NCBI GenBank assembly: GCA_025839675.1
Contig: CP104013.1
Coordinates: forward strand, 1,620,001-1,652,000
Length of the DNA: 32,000 bases
Source: Candidatus Lokiarchaeum ossiferum
GTDB taxonomy: Archaea; Asgardarchaeota; Lokiarchaeia; Sigyniarchaeales; Promethearchaeaceae
Reading direction: 5' to 3'
The translations under genes were made by a program, and so were the position numbers. Every line of letters begins with the position of its first letter. Position 1 is the first letter of the stretch. Shown piece after piece: positions 16,955-25,585 of the stretch. The notes beneath the pieces are model-generated. The model saw only the letters and a program-made list of their open reading frames with translations, was not told where the DNA came from and searched no databases.

Positions 16955-18727
16955 ATGATTCAATTCCAAATAATCTCAAAGAGGAAAGCGAATAGACGGG
17001 ATTTTTATTTCTTAATTATCATTATTGGATTCATTACTTCATATTGCTTAAACTATGATTCAAAATTGTTGAAGACTAAAACTTCAGAACACTCGTCTTT
17101 TTCTAAATTGGATAATTTAACAAGAGCCCCTAAAAGCAGTACAACTCATGATCCAATCTATATTAAAGAAGATAATTGGTCATCATTTGATGTGGTTACT
17201 GGAAACGGTACTGCTTTAGATCCTTATGTGATATCCGATCTAATAATTGATGCCAGAAATAATGATGAAAATTGCATTGAGATTGAAGAATCTGAAGCAT
17301 ATAGTATCATTCGAAATTGCACATTTATTAATGGAAGAAATGGTTTAGTTTTACGAGATGCTTCTTTTTGTTCAATCGTTGAGAATAATGTAGTCAATAA
17401 TACTAATAGTGGAATTTTATTATCTAATTTGAAAAATTGTTCATTTACAGGAAATACAATTATTTGTATGAAAAAGAATTCTGGATACTTCTGGAGCATT
17501 GGCACCGGTATTAATATTATCAATTTGAAAAACTGTTCTTTCAACCAGAATTTAGTATTAAATTGTCCATTGAATGGAATTTATCTTAAAGATTCGGAAA
17601 ACTGTATTGTAACGGAGAATTCTATTGAAAACAGCACGCTATATGGTATCAACTTGCAAAATTCGGAAAACTGTATTTTATTACAGAATTCTATAGGGGA
17701 AGGATCAAAACGTGGAATTTATGTCTCTGAATCGAATAATTGTACTTTGAACGGTAATATAATTAACATAACAACACGTGATGGAATTATATTTTCAAAA
17801 TCTAACAATTGCAAATTGTTCCAAAATCAAATCTATGGTTCCGGAATTTCTTTATATAGTAGTTTTAATAATCAAATTGACACCAGCAATAAAGCAAATA
17901 GTAAAATAATTCACCTCTACGAAAATATTCAAGGAATTTCCCTAATACGGGAACCGAATGTTGCTCAAGTTATTCTAATCAATTGCTCAAACTCACAAAT
18001 AATGAATCTTAAAATTTCTGAAACTTCTATGGGAATTTCAGTTCAAAATTCTCAAAATTGTACAATCAAAAATAATGAAATAGCTGATTCCAATTATGGA
18101 ATTGATTTCAAATATTCTCAAAATTGTACAATCAAAAATAATGAAATTACTGATTCCGATTATGGAATTGATTTCAAATATTCTCAGAATTGTTTTGTTA
18201 ATGGAAATATTGTGAAAAATATTGCAAGTACTGGAATTTTTTTTTTAAGTACAGAAAATTGTACAATTGATACAAACTCAGTTGAAAATATTTCAGATTG
18301 CGGTATTGGGATTCAATTTTCGGAGAATTGTACAATATTGGGAAATTCTATTCTCAACACGGAAGATACCGGAATAATGTTATTATTTTCAAAGAATTGT
18401 ACTCTGACAAGAAATTTTATTACCAATAGTTCAAAATTTGGTATAAGGTTATATTTTTCATGCAATTGTTCAATTACGGAAAATTTAATCACCCACAATA
18501 AGTACGGTATTTATTTGGCGATAGGTTCTTGTGATAATTTAGTGTGGAATAATACTCTCTCAAATAATTCAGAGAAGGATATTCTAGATGACGGAGTCAA
18601 TAATTTGATCATTGGAATAGGATTACCCTTGATTTTAAGTTTAATCCTTATCATTTTAATTAGTTTTCTTGGAATAGGGGGCATTATTACAGGAATTTTT
18701 CTTTTATTAAAAAAAAAGATGGATTAA
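16955..18727 (+). CDS. Right-handed parallel beta-helix (PbH1/NosD-like) repeat surface protein with an N-terminal signal/anchor and a C-terminal TM anchor
   Basis: The ORF is 590 aa. The N-terminal hydrophobic segment is FYFLIIIIGFITSYCL. There are more than 15 repeats of 22-23 aa of the form xxNCxIxxNxI...GI. The C-terminal TM segment LIIGIGLPLILSLILIILISFLGIGGIITGIFLLL is followed by KKKMD. I counted about 21 N-x-S/T sequons by hand. Confidence 0.8.
   Translation: MIQFQIISKRKANRRDFYFLIIIIGFITSYCLNYDSKLLKTKTSEHSSFSKLDNLTRAPKSSTTHDPIYIKEDNWSSFDVVTGNGTALDPYVISDLIIDARNNDENCIEIEESEAYSIIRNCTFINGRNGLVLRDASFCSIVENNVVNNTNSGILLSNLKNCSFTGNTIICMKKNSGYFWSIGTGINIINLKNCSFNQNLVLNCPLNGIYLKDSENCIVTENSIENSTLYGINLQNSENCILLQNSIGEGSKRGIYVSESNNCTLNGNIINITTRDGIIFSKSNNCKLFQNQIYGSGISLYSSFNNQIDTSNKANSKIIHLYENIQGISLIREPNVAQVILINCSNSQIMNLKISETSMGISVQNSQNCTIKNNEIADSNYGIDFKYSQNCTIKNNEITDSDYGIDFKYSQNCFVNGNIVKNIASTGIFFLSTENCTIDTNSVENISDCGIGIQFSENCTILGNSILNTEDTGIMLLFSKNCTLTRNFITNSSKFGIRLYFSCNCSITENLITHNKYGIYLAIGSCDNLVWNNTLSNNSEKDILDDGVNNLIIGIGLPLILSLILIILISFLGIGGIITGIFLLLKKKMD
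18049..18192 (+). repeat. Tandem 66-bp (22-codon) duplication inside the beta-helix gene
   Basis: Copy 1 (18049-18114) and copy 2 (18115-18180) differ at 3 of 66 positions. A third copy starts at 18181 and diverges after about 12 nt. The duplication encodes SQNCTIKNNEI[AT]DS[ND]YGIDFKY twice. Confidence 0.9.
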
Positions 18728-18828
18728 CTTCATTAAAAAGAGAAAAAGAAGAAATTTATTAACCAAAACGATAAAAAACGTTATAAAATCGCATACTTAT
18801 CTTTTTTTATATTTATATATTTAGTTGT

Positions 18829-19680
18829 TTAAATAGCATCATCCTTTAATTTTTTAATAAAATTGCTATCGATCCAGTATATTTCTGATTCTCTAACAAA
18901 GAAAAACGCTTTTCCATCGGGCGTTAATCCTGGAAATCGTTCACTTCCTTTAGAGTTAATCGTAGGTCCGAGGTTCATGGGTTTAGTCCATTGATCATCT
19001 TCGGTATGGAATGAAATAAAAAGATCAAAATCCCCAATACTTCCTGGCCGATCAGAAGAAAAAATCAAATAACTTTCATCGGGAGAAATAAAAGGTATCC
19101 AATCATGATGGGAACTATTGATTTGTGGGGGAAGTAATTCTGGAGAACTGAATATTCCCTTTGATTGCCGAATTCTATAAATTCCCATATTGTTTTTCAC
19201 ACCATCCAAAATACTCGTGAAGTAAAATGTTCCTGACTTACTTATACTGGGAGTGGATGTAAAAATATGTGCGAATTTATCGCCAAAAGTTAAATAAGGC
19301 ACGCTCCATCCATCTTCGGTCCGATCCACTTGCCATACTCGAAGAGTATTCGCTTCCGAAGTGGAATCTAAAGGTCGCTTTGAATAAAAGTATAAATGTT
19401 GATTATCAAAAGAAAAAACCGGCCCTCCATCGACAAAATCACTTGAAAACGAAGCGAGTTGGGCAGGATTCCATTTTCCATTTTCAAACCGAGAAAAATA
19501 GATCTTTTGGGGTGTTTCTCCTAAAGGGAAAGTTATCATGGACCAGTAACATTCTTTATGGTCGGCTGAAAGAGCTGGACTACTATGGTTATGTTGATCA
19601 GTTGAAATAATACACGGAACAAATTCTTGCGGGATATTTGTTGGAAAGGATTGTCCGTAATACTGCATATCTTTATTCAT
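18829..19680 (-). CDS. PD40/TolB-like beta-propeller repeat protein
   Basis: The repeats are of the WD40-like PD40 type: HLYFYSKRP, SPDESYLIFSSDRPGSIGDFDLFISF and LTPDGKAFFFVRE. No obvious signal peptide is present. Confidence 0.7.
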   Translation of the reverse strand: MNKDMQYYGQSFPTNIPQEFVPCIISTDQHNHSSPALSADHKECYWSMITFPLGETPQKIYFSRFENGKWNPAQLASFSSDFVDGGPVFSFDNQHLYFYSKRPLDSTSEANTLRVWQVDRTEDGWSVPYLTFGDKFAHIFTSTPSISKSGTFYFTSILDGVKNNMGIYRIRQSKGIFSSPELLPPQINSSHHDWIPFISPDESYLIFSSDRPGSIGDFDLFISFHTEDDQWTKPMNLGPTINSKGSERFPGLTPDGKAFFFVRESEIYWIDSNFIKKLKDDAI

Positions 19681-20134
19681 AAAAAATGAATGGTAGGGTT
19701 TAATATAAATTTATTTATTTGATTTCCTACAATTAATTGATTCACACATAGAATAATCACTTGATCAACATAATTATTAAACAAATTATGGCTAATTTCC
19801 TTGATTCCTCCAAATTTATTCAATGTATGCTCGAAAAAACCCATTTTCTGAGATCTCACATACTTGTGTAAAAGACAACACAGAGAAACTTCACAAATTC
19901 TTTTTGAGTCAATTGAAGAAAATATCGCACCTTTGGATACGACTGATACACTTCATGTCAAGGTTTAATTGTGATTTTTGGGATACTCAAAAATAGGATC
20001 AATTTGATATTATTCCCTTTGGTATGATTCCAAGCGATAATCTAAATCATTTAACGTTCTATTATTTGACCTCATCGCTTAAATAAAAGTAAATTTCTGA
20101 TTATTTTAGGGATTTGATTTCGGAAGAATTTTGT

Positions 20135-20545
20135 ATGAGACACAAGAAAAAAATTTTCGGGTTAATATTAGGTCTGACATTGGTGGGAAGTTGGTGCTTT
20201 TCAATTGAAGGGATGTCATATCTCGGACATCTCCCCAATGAAAGGTTTGCTTGTATCATCACGCACTTAGAATATCCACCAGATTTATTTGAAGGTCAAC
20301 AGGTGGAATTCCGGATTTCGGCAACTTCTCTATCCTGTTTTTCAGATCAAGAATTATATCTCCGCAAATACAAGATCTTTCGATTAATTGAAGGTCATTT
20401 TTACTACTATCAAGACCCCAAGTTGTTTTATTGTGAAGCAGAATTACCAGTTAGTATGAATTTCACATATATATTTCCGTTTGCGGGAAATTGGAAAATA
20501 AAAATTAATGATTTTCCCATCATAGTTTCAGTTCAAAGAAATTAG
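20135..20545 (+). CDS. Small secreted or membrane-anchored hypothetical protein
   Basis: I prefer ATG 20135 over the track TTG at 20114. MRHKKKIFGLILGLTLVGSWCFS looks like a signal peptide. A T7 run follows at 20561-20567. Confidence 0.5.
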   Translation: MRHKKKIFGLILGLTLVGSWCFSIEGMSYLGHLPNERFACIITHLEYPPDLFEGQQVEFRISATSLSCFSDQELYLRKYKIFRLIEGHFYYYQDPKLFYCEAELPVSMNFTYIFPFAGNWKIKINDFPIIVSVQRN

Positions 20546-21211
20546 TCATCAAATTGAATGTTTTTTTATCAATAAATCATAGAGGATAATTATTTCTCCT
20601 AATATTGGTAAGATATCAAGTTATAGCATAATGGATGATATATTTAGGGATTATTTTCTTCATAAAGCCGATGTCGAATAGAAATTACAATAGGATGATC
20701 GATCAATAGTAGAGATTTTTCTAACAGTGATAACTCAACAGCAGTACCTTCCCATGCTAAACGTTCAAATTGGTGAGAAATGGCACTTATAAATAATATA
20801 TGGAGCAGAAAAAATTAGATTTGAGCGTTGTTAAATTAATAGAATGGCATTAAGATTTAAATGTAAAATTTAACATAAGATAATCGGAAATAAGTCAATT
20901 TTTTATTCCCAAAAAGAGAAAAAATTAATTTTTACGCCAACAATATAGCTGATGGAATTAATAAAGCTTGTTATCCATTTGATTTGGATGGAAATTGTTT
21001 CTCTATGATTATAATTCTATTCAGCCTAATGGAGCGACATCAAATTAATGATGGAATGCAGCAGATTTTAGATTTCTTAAGAGAATCCCTTTGAAATCCT
21101 TCAAATATTCAATTAATGAACTTAAAATCAATCCAGCTGAGATAAAATCGAAAAAATCGTTTGAAATAATCGTTTTTACTACAAGGAAAGAAAATTCCTA
21201 AAATTTGATTT

Positions 21212-21231
21212 AATGTCCTCCGGAGGACATT
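21212..21231. repeat. Perfect 20-bp palindrome AATGTCCTCCGGAGGACATT in a long ORF-free region
   Basis: I checked the sequence by hand and it equals its own reverse complement. It is the most GC-rich spot of the 20546-21446 intergenic region. It is followed by CTTTTAT on the + strand. Confidence 0.85.
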
Positions 21232-21425
21232 CTTTTATAAATAATTTGGAGATAGAATTATAACGTGCTTAATTTAGCGAAAATACAGCCAAAACTAGAT
21301 TGGAATTATCATCGATAAGAAATCATAATGAAATATGACATGACAGAGTAAGAAAATAAAAATAGAGCGGAATATTGAATGCAGATATTATGGAGAAATG
21401 ATCCCGATCATACGAAAATGAGAAT

Positions 21426-21446
21426 AAAAAAAGAAAGACCAAAAAA
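21426..21446 (-). terminator. Two oligo-T tracts (T6 and T7 on the minus strand) immediately after the stop of the 290-aa gene
   Basis: The plus strand shows A7 (21426-21432) and A6 (21441-21446) directly abutting the stop codon complement at 21447-21449. Confidence 0.45.
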
Positions 21447-22319
21447 TTAAGCCGATAAATCTTTGACCATAGTACGAAGTTCTTGATTTTCCTTCTCCAA
21501 TTTATTTATCTGATTTTCCAATTGCTCCATTCGCTTAACTATGTCCTTGATGATAGTAGAATCAAAGATAGAATCTCGAATTTTATTAAGTTTGGCTTCA
21601 ACTTGAGATTCCACCTGAGTTTCAATTCTGTGGAAATTCGATTCCATTTTGGTATCCAAGTGATGCTCAATGTTAGCTTCTAAACGAGAGGCAACTTTGG
21701 TAGAGATAACGGGTTTGGAAACAGCAGCTTTTCCTGCTTGAAGTTTAAAAGGTTGAGGTGTGAATCCTTCGCCCATTGGAATCTTTGCAAATGTACGTTT
21801 TCCGACAGCCATTACATGATCTTCTCGACTGGTTGCGGTTTGGTTGGATGCAGCGAGAGCAGGAGATAATTCGGCAGCAATTTTTTTATCCGCTTCAGAA
21901 ATAGTTTTTTTTTCTTTAACAAAACCCGAAGCTTGGTGTCGTTTGACTTGAACATTTTCTGGAACTTTCTCCAATTTTACCGAAGTACGTTCTGATTTTC
22001 CTGCGGTTTTTTTTGCTAATTTCTGTTCTTCTAAATTACGCAAAGCCTTTTGTCTCAAGAAACCAATAGTTTTTTGAATCTGATAAGTGTTGATGTTAGG
22101 AATTGCCAGTACACTGAGAACCCATCCCGTAAGATGATTGCCTAAAGGAAGTTCCTCGGGGTTCGGAGTATCCTTATACACTTTACTTGCTAAAACATCT
22201 CGTGCTTTAACTAGCCGGATCGCCCAAAAATTATTTACTTTGCCCATTTCAAGCTGATATGATGATCCAGCAATCCCAAGTTGAGGGGTTAAGGGTTGAA
22301 AATTTTGATTATTACTCAT
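21447..22319 (-). CDS. Hypothetical protein with an N-terminal globular domain, a low-complexity middle and a C-terminal coiled coil
   Basis: The ORF is 290 aa with an ATG start. The C-terminal heptad-like stretch is IIKDIVKRMEQLENQINKLEKENQELRTMVKDL. I recognise no catalytic motif. It is transcribed divergently from the JAB/MPN gene across 103 bp. Confidence 0.6.
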   Translation of the reverse strand: MSNNQNFQPLTPQLGIAGSSYQLEMGKVNNFWAIRLVKARDVLASKVYKDTPNPEELPLGNHLTGWVLSVLAIPNINTYQIQKTIGFLRQKALRNLEEQKLAKKTAGKSERTSVKLEKVPENVQVKRHQASGFVKEKKTISEADKKIAAELSPALAASNQTATSREDHVMAVGKRTFAKIPMGEGFTPQPFKLQAGKAAVSKPVISTKVASRLEANIEHHLDTKMESNFHRIETQVESQVEAKLNKIRDSIFDSTIIKDIVKRMEQLENQINKLEKENQELRTMVKDLSA

Positions 22320-22422
22320 ATAACATCTATCTCTCTAATTATTCCTTTTTTATTTACCTATAAGTGATATTTCTTTTTAGGAGTATTTATTTCCTTCTTT
22401 TTTGTGATTTAGGAATCCAACA

Positions 22423-23487
22423 ATGTTTGCAAGAAACCAAGATCCGATCGGTCATGGAAACCCAAAAGGTATAAGGAAAGCAAACGAAATAATAATAAAA
22501 GAAATTTTACTGGTGAGAGAAATGGTTCAAAGTCGGGGTACTGTTAAACTTAATTTGGAAATATATAAAACAATTATTGCAACTACGACACGCTATGCGA
22601 ATGCGCGGATACCTGAGGAAGAATGGGCAGAAGTGTACGGATTATTATATGGGTACAATGATGGGGACAATGTAATAATTACAGAAGCGATTCCCTTTAC
22701 CCATACAAAAAAACAGCGTCATATTTTGAAAGTAGAATTTGATGAAGAAGATTATGCTTTAGCGGCATCAATTGAAAGCGATTTTTATATGAAAGACCCT
22801 CCCCAATATATCGTAGGGTGGTATCATTCTCATCCTGGAATTAAACTAATGTTATCTCAAGATGATATTAAAAACCAGTTAGCTTGGCAGTCCAATAATC
22901 CCTTAGCAATTGCCCTCGTGTTTAACCCGGTCCGTTTACTCAAGCAAATGGAAGTACCTGCCAGAAAGGGAGATCCTGTGACTCAGTTACATTTGGATTC
23001 GGGTTTTGAGATTTATCGGTTGGATGACCCCAATCGTGGGATTGAGGCGGCTTTTCATGCAATTCCTTTTGAATTCACAGATTATACTTTTGATGAAAAC
23101 TTGTTATCCAATGCCCAAGAGTTTGTACAATGGGTAACAAAAGCGTTTCCACGAGGGGATGCAATCCTTGCAGACTATCAGCGATTTATTGATAATACAT
23201 GGCAAAAATTAATTGAAACCTATGAAGGAACAGTCAGTTATGTCCAAAGACTGAAACGAAAAGGCGAAACAACGCGTATTTCAGGTATTATTACATCGCA
23301 AAGTCAAGAAGCTGCAAAAATTTTGGATCAAGGAAATGCAATGATCAATGTGTTTAAAATGATGAAGATTTATCTGGAATACAAAGAGCGCGAACGCTTA
23401 GTTCCACAGATTGATTCATTATTATCCGATTGGGATCAAAAATCAAATGGGTTTTTGGATAAATTCAAAACCATTTCTACGCTTTAA
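22423..23487 (+). CDS. JAB1/MPN/Mov34 (JAMM) metalloprotease with a long, eukaryote-like architecture
   Basis: The ORF is 354 aa. The upstream Glu lies in EEEWAEVYGLLYG. The JAMM motif is HSHPGIKLMLSQDD (H135 codon at 22825, D148 codon at 22864). The following QLAWQ...AIALVFNP resembles MPN+ proteins. A helical C-terminal extension of about 150 aa follows. Confidence 0.85.
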   Translation: MFARNQDPIGHGNPKGIRKANEIIIKEILLVREMVQSRGTVKLNLEIYKTIIATTTRYANARIPEEEWAEVYGLLYGYNDGDNVIITEAIPFTHTKKQRHILKVEFDEEDYALAASIESDFYMKDPPQYIVGWYHSHPGIKLMLSQDDIKNQLAWQSNNPLAIALVFNPVRLLKQMEVPARKGDPVTQLHLDSGFEIYRLDDPNRGIEAAFHAIPFEFTDYTFDENLLSNAQEFVQWVTKAFPRGDAILADYQRFIDNTWQKLIETYEGTVSYVQRLKRKGETTRISGIITSQSQEAAKILDQGNAMINVFKMMKIYLEYKERERLVPQIDSLLSDWDQKSNGFLDKFKTISTL

Positions 23488-23507
23488 AGGTTTAGCAGCG
23501 GGAATTT

Positions 23508-24359
23508 TTACATGTGGCGCCCACAAATTTTTTTGATTTCTTTGTAACGCGTTCTTAAAGTAATATCTGAAATTTTCGCATATTGAGCAATAATCTGTTG
23601 ACTGCGAGGAATTCGTTCGCGTAAACAAGCAAAATAAATCACACCTGCAACAATACCTACCGAATTTAGGCCACTTGTATTTTCATGTTTAAGATAAATT
23701 GATAAAATCAAATTAGCTTGTTGAACAACAAATTCATCAAGACCTAAACTCGCACAAAGTTTTGGAATTAATGGAGCGGGATTACTTTCTGGTTTAACAA
23801 GGTGTAATTGGCTCATTAATAAGTAATAATATCGATATGCGAGTCGAGAAGAAAAGTTATGATCTTCAATTACTTCTTCTATGGATAAAGGATGTTTATT
23901 CAGTTTTGCTGAATAAAAGAAACAGACTTGTGAAGTGAGAATTACATTATGAATTTTAAAATTCGGGCATTGGATTGCTTTTTGGAAAAGATAAATACTA
24001 CGAGTAACAATGTATTCCCCCAATCCAAAACGAGCGCAAAGTCGTTTAATTTCATTAATTCCAATGGTTAGCTTTCGATCATCCCAACTTTTATTCCGAT
24101 TTAACTTCAAAGCCCGTTTTAGGTTTGGGTTAATATTCATGAGTGATTTTTTAGAGATCGAAATGGTAGTTTCATCAGAATATGGCACTCCATCCCAACT
24201 GGAAACAATTATGTTAGTTTCTTTTACAAGACCACACAGATTGCATACAATTTGCCCAGAAGGCATATCAGTAATAAAATTGTGAGAATGTGTCTCAAAA
24301 TCGATCGATGCAGAACTATCATTGGGATGATAGTTTGAGATGGTTAAAATTTCCCCCAT
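23508..24359 (-). CDS. tfb: Transcription initiation factor B (TFIIB homologue), divergent N-terminal ribbon
   Basis: The ORF is 283 aa. It has the second ribbon knuckle GQIVCNLCGLV and two cyclin-like repeats (RLCARFGL..., KLCASLGL...). The first CxxC knuckle is absent, with HSH in its place. Confidence 0.8.
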   Translation of the reverse strand: MGEILTISNYHPNDSSASIDFETHSHNFITDMPSGQIVCNLCGLVKETNIIVSSWDGVPYSDETTISISKKSLMNINPNLKRALKLNRNKSWDDRKLTIGINEIKRLCARFGLGEYIVTRSIYLFQKAIQCPNFKIHNVILTSQVCFFYSAKLNKHPLSIEEVIEDHNFSSRLAYRYYYLLMSQLHLVKPESNPAPLIPKLCASLGLDEFVVQQANLILSIYLKHENTSGLNSVGIVAGVIYFACLRERIPRSQQIIAQYAKISDITLRTRYKEIKKICGRHM

Positions 24360-24466
24360 AAAAAGATAAAGGGATCGCGCCTATATGGAATACTTCAAGT
24401 TAGCATTTTTTCCAAATATAATGGGAAAAGAATGAACGTAAAAAACGCAAGAAGAAATAAAAAGAT

Positions 24467-24832
24467 TTATACTAACTTTGAGATTTTTGCGCAAGTACGC
24501 TGAGTATCTAAGAAAACTAACCCCAATTTAATATCTTTTGTTGTAGAAATAGTAAGAACAGAATTAGGTCCTGCGGACATTGTTATTATATATCCATTGA
24601 CTCCTCGAACAAACACCATTTCAAGAGTGCCCTTACCAAGTTCTTGAGCAGCACGCTCCCCTAACGACAAGATAGCAGCAGTCATAGCAGCAATCCGAGT
24701 TTCATCAGCATTTGAAGGTAAGGCGGATGCAATGGGTAACCCTTCCACCGATACAATTGCCGCAGCTTGAACCTCGGGAATTGAAGCAAGTAAATTTTTT
24801 AGGATATCATCAAGTGTTTCGTCATTACTCAT
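24467..24832 (-). CDS. Roadblock/LC7 (MglB-like) domain protein
   Basis: The ORF is 121 aa. LLASIPEVQAAAIVSVEGLPIAS...AAMTAAILSLGERAAQELGKG...NGYIITMSAGPNSVLTIST matches the roadblock/LC7 pattern. Confidence 0.85.
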   Translation of the reverse strand: MSNDETLDDILKNLLASIPEVQAAAIVSVEGLPIASALPSNADETRIAAMTAAILSLGERAAQELGKGTLEMVFVRGVNGYIITMSAGPNSVLTISTTKDIKLGLVFLDTQRTCAKISKLV

Positions 24833-24880
24833 GTATTTTACAGCCCTTATTGGAGATATTTTTAACTTTTTTTTATTGAT

Positions 24881-24909
24881 GGTATTTTTCCTTAGACTAA
24901 GGTAATACC
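24881..24909. promoter_or_regulatory. Interrupted palindrome upstream of the roadblock gene (candidate operator)
   Basis: The element reads GGTATT-ttt-CCTTAG-a-CTAAGG-t-AATACC. It lies 49-77 nt upstream of the ATG at 24832 and just distal to an A/T-rich TATA-like stretch. The 1-nt centre argues for a dsDNA site rather than an RNA hairpin. Confidence 0.3.
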
Positions 24910-25301
24910 GCAGCTACTTACTTATCTATGTTTTTAATATGTTTAATATGTTTTTTAATTTATGTAGTGCAATCAAAACACCATTTTTATGGGGATCAAT
25001 TTTTTTCACATTTCTGTAGTAGGCTTATTTATGGTAATTTTTAAATGCTCCTATCGTACCTTCCTTTTTTAAAAATCACCCTAATTACTAAACATTAAGG
25101 TAAGACCCCTTCTTATACATTCTTTTTTACATTAAAAGATATAAATGTTTGCATATAGGAAAAATAGAACCATCTACAAGAAAATTTATAAATTTAACAG
25201 ACATAATATATTTACGGCACGATCTTACAAATGAATTAGAAGATTTCATAAATCGCTTCATACTTCTTCCCAATTCATCATAACCCTAAGAAGGTAATTA
25301 A

Positions 25302-25496
25302 ATGGTCATAGAACGTCAAAAGATGAAAAATATTACAATTGCACTACCTGAAATCTATGTTGAAAATATTGAGAAAATTCAACAAATTGGATTGGTGCCC
25401 AGTAGATCGGAAGCAATTCGATTAGCTATTCGTGAATTTCTCAAAAAGGAGATCCATACCTGTCAGCTTTTAGGTTACGACCTCAAAGTGGAATAA
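25302..25496 (+). CDS. Ribbon-helix-helix (CopG/NikR-N-like) DNA-binding protein
   Basis: The ORF is 64 aa. ITIALPEIYVENIEKIQQIGLVPSRSEAIRLAIREFLKKE fits the beta-strand plus SRSE-helix RHH signature. Confidence 0.7.
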   Translation: MVIERQKMKNITIALPEIYVENIEKIQQIGLVPSRSEAIRLAIREFLKKEIHTCQLLGYDLKVE

Positions 25497-25585
25497 TTTT
25501 TATTCCTTTTTCTTTTTATTACTCCTTTTTCTAATTTTTGACTTGTTTTCACATTTTATTTAAACTAAATCGCATTAAATCCATT

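Noticed and set aside
19677-19859. A 60-aa minus-strand ORF whose TGA overlaps the ATG of the PD40 gene (an ATGA overlap, suggestive of translational coupling).
   Set aside because: The overlap is real, but the product (MRSQKMGFFEHTLNKFGG...) has no motif and an unremarkable composition. At the 60-codon threshold in AT-rich DNA this may be chance. It is not reported as a feature.
20644-20816. A 56-codon minus-strand open frame could be annotated as a pseudogene feature.
   Set aside because: It has no start codon near its 5' end and no recognisable family, and its length is below any safe threshold. It is mentioned only as a possible relic inside the intergenic finding.
20546-21446. The long ORF-free region might be a replication origin or a structured RNA gene (RNase P, SRP, tRNA).
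   Set aside because: I found no repeated ORB-like boxes and no adjacent orc1/cdc6 gene. There is no GC-rich segment of the kind structured RNAs show even in AT-rich genomes, apart from the single 20-bp palindrome.
4243-25585. The track gives TTG or GTG 5' extensions for several ORFs (starts at 4243, 8052, 16252, 20114 and 25538).
   Set aside because: In each case an in-frame ATG lies 3-16 codons downstream and begins the conserved or signal-peptide-like sequence. I used the ATG coordinates instead, so the start positions remain uncertain by that margin.
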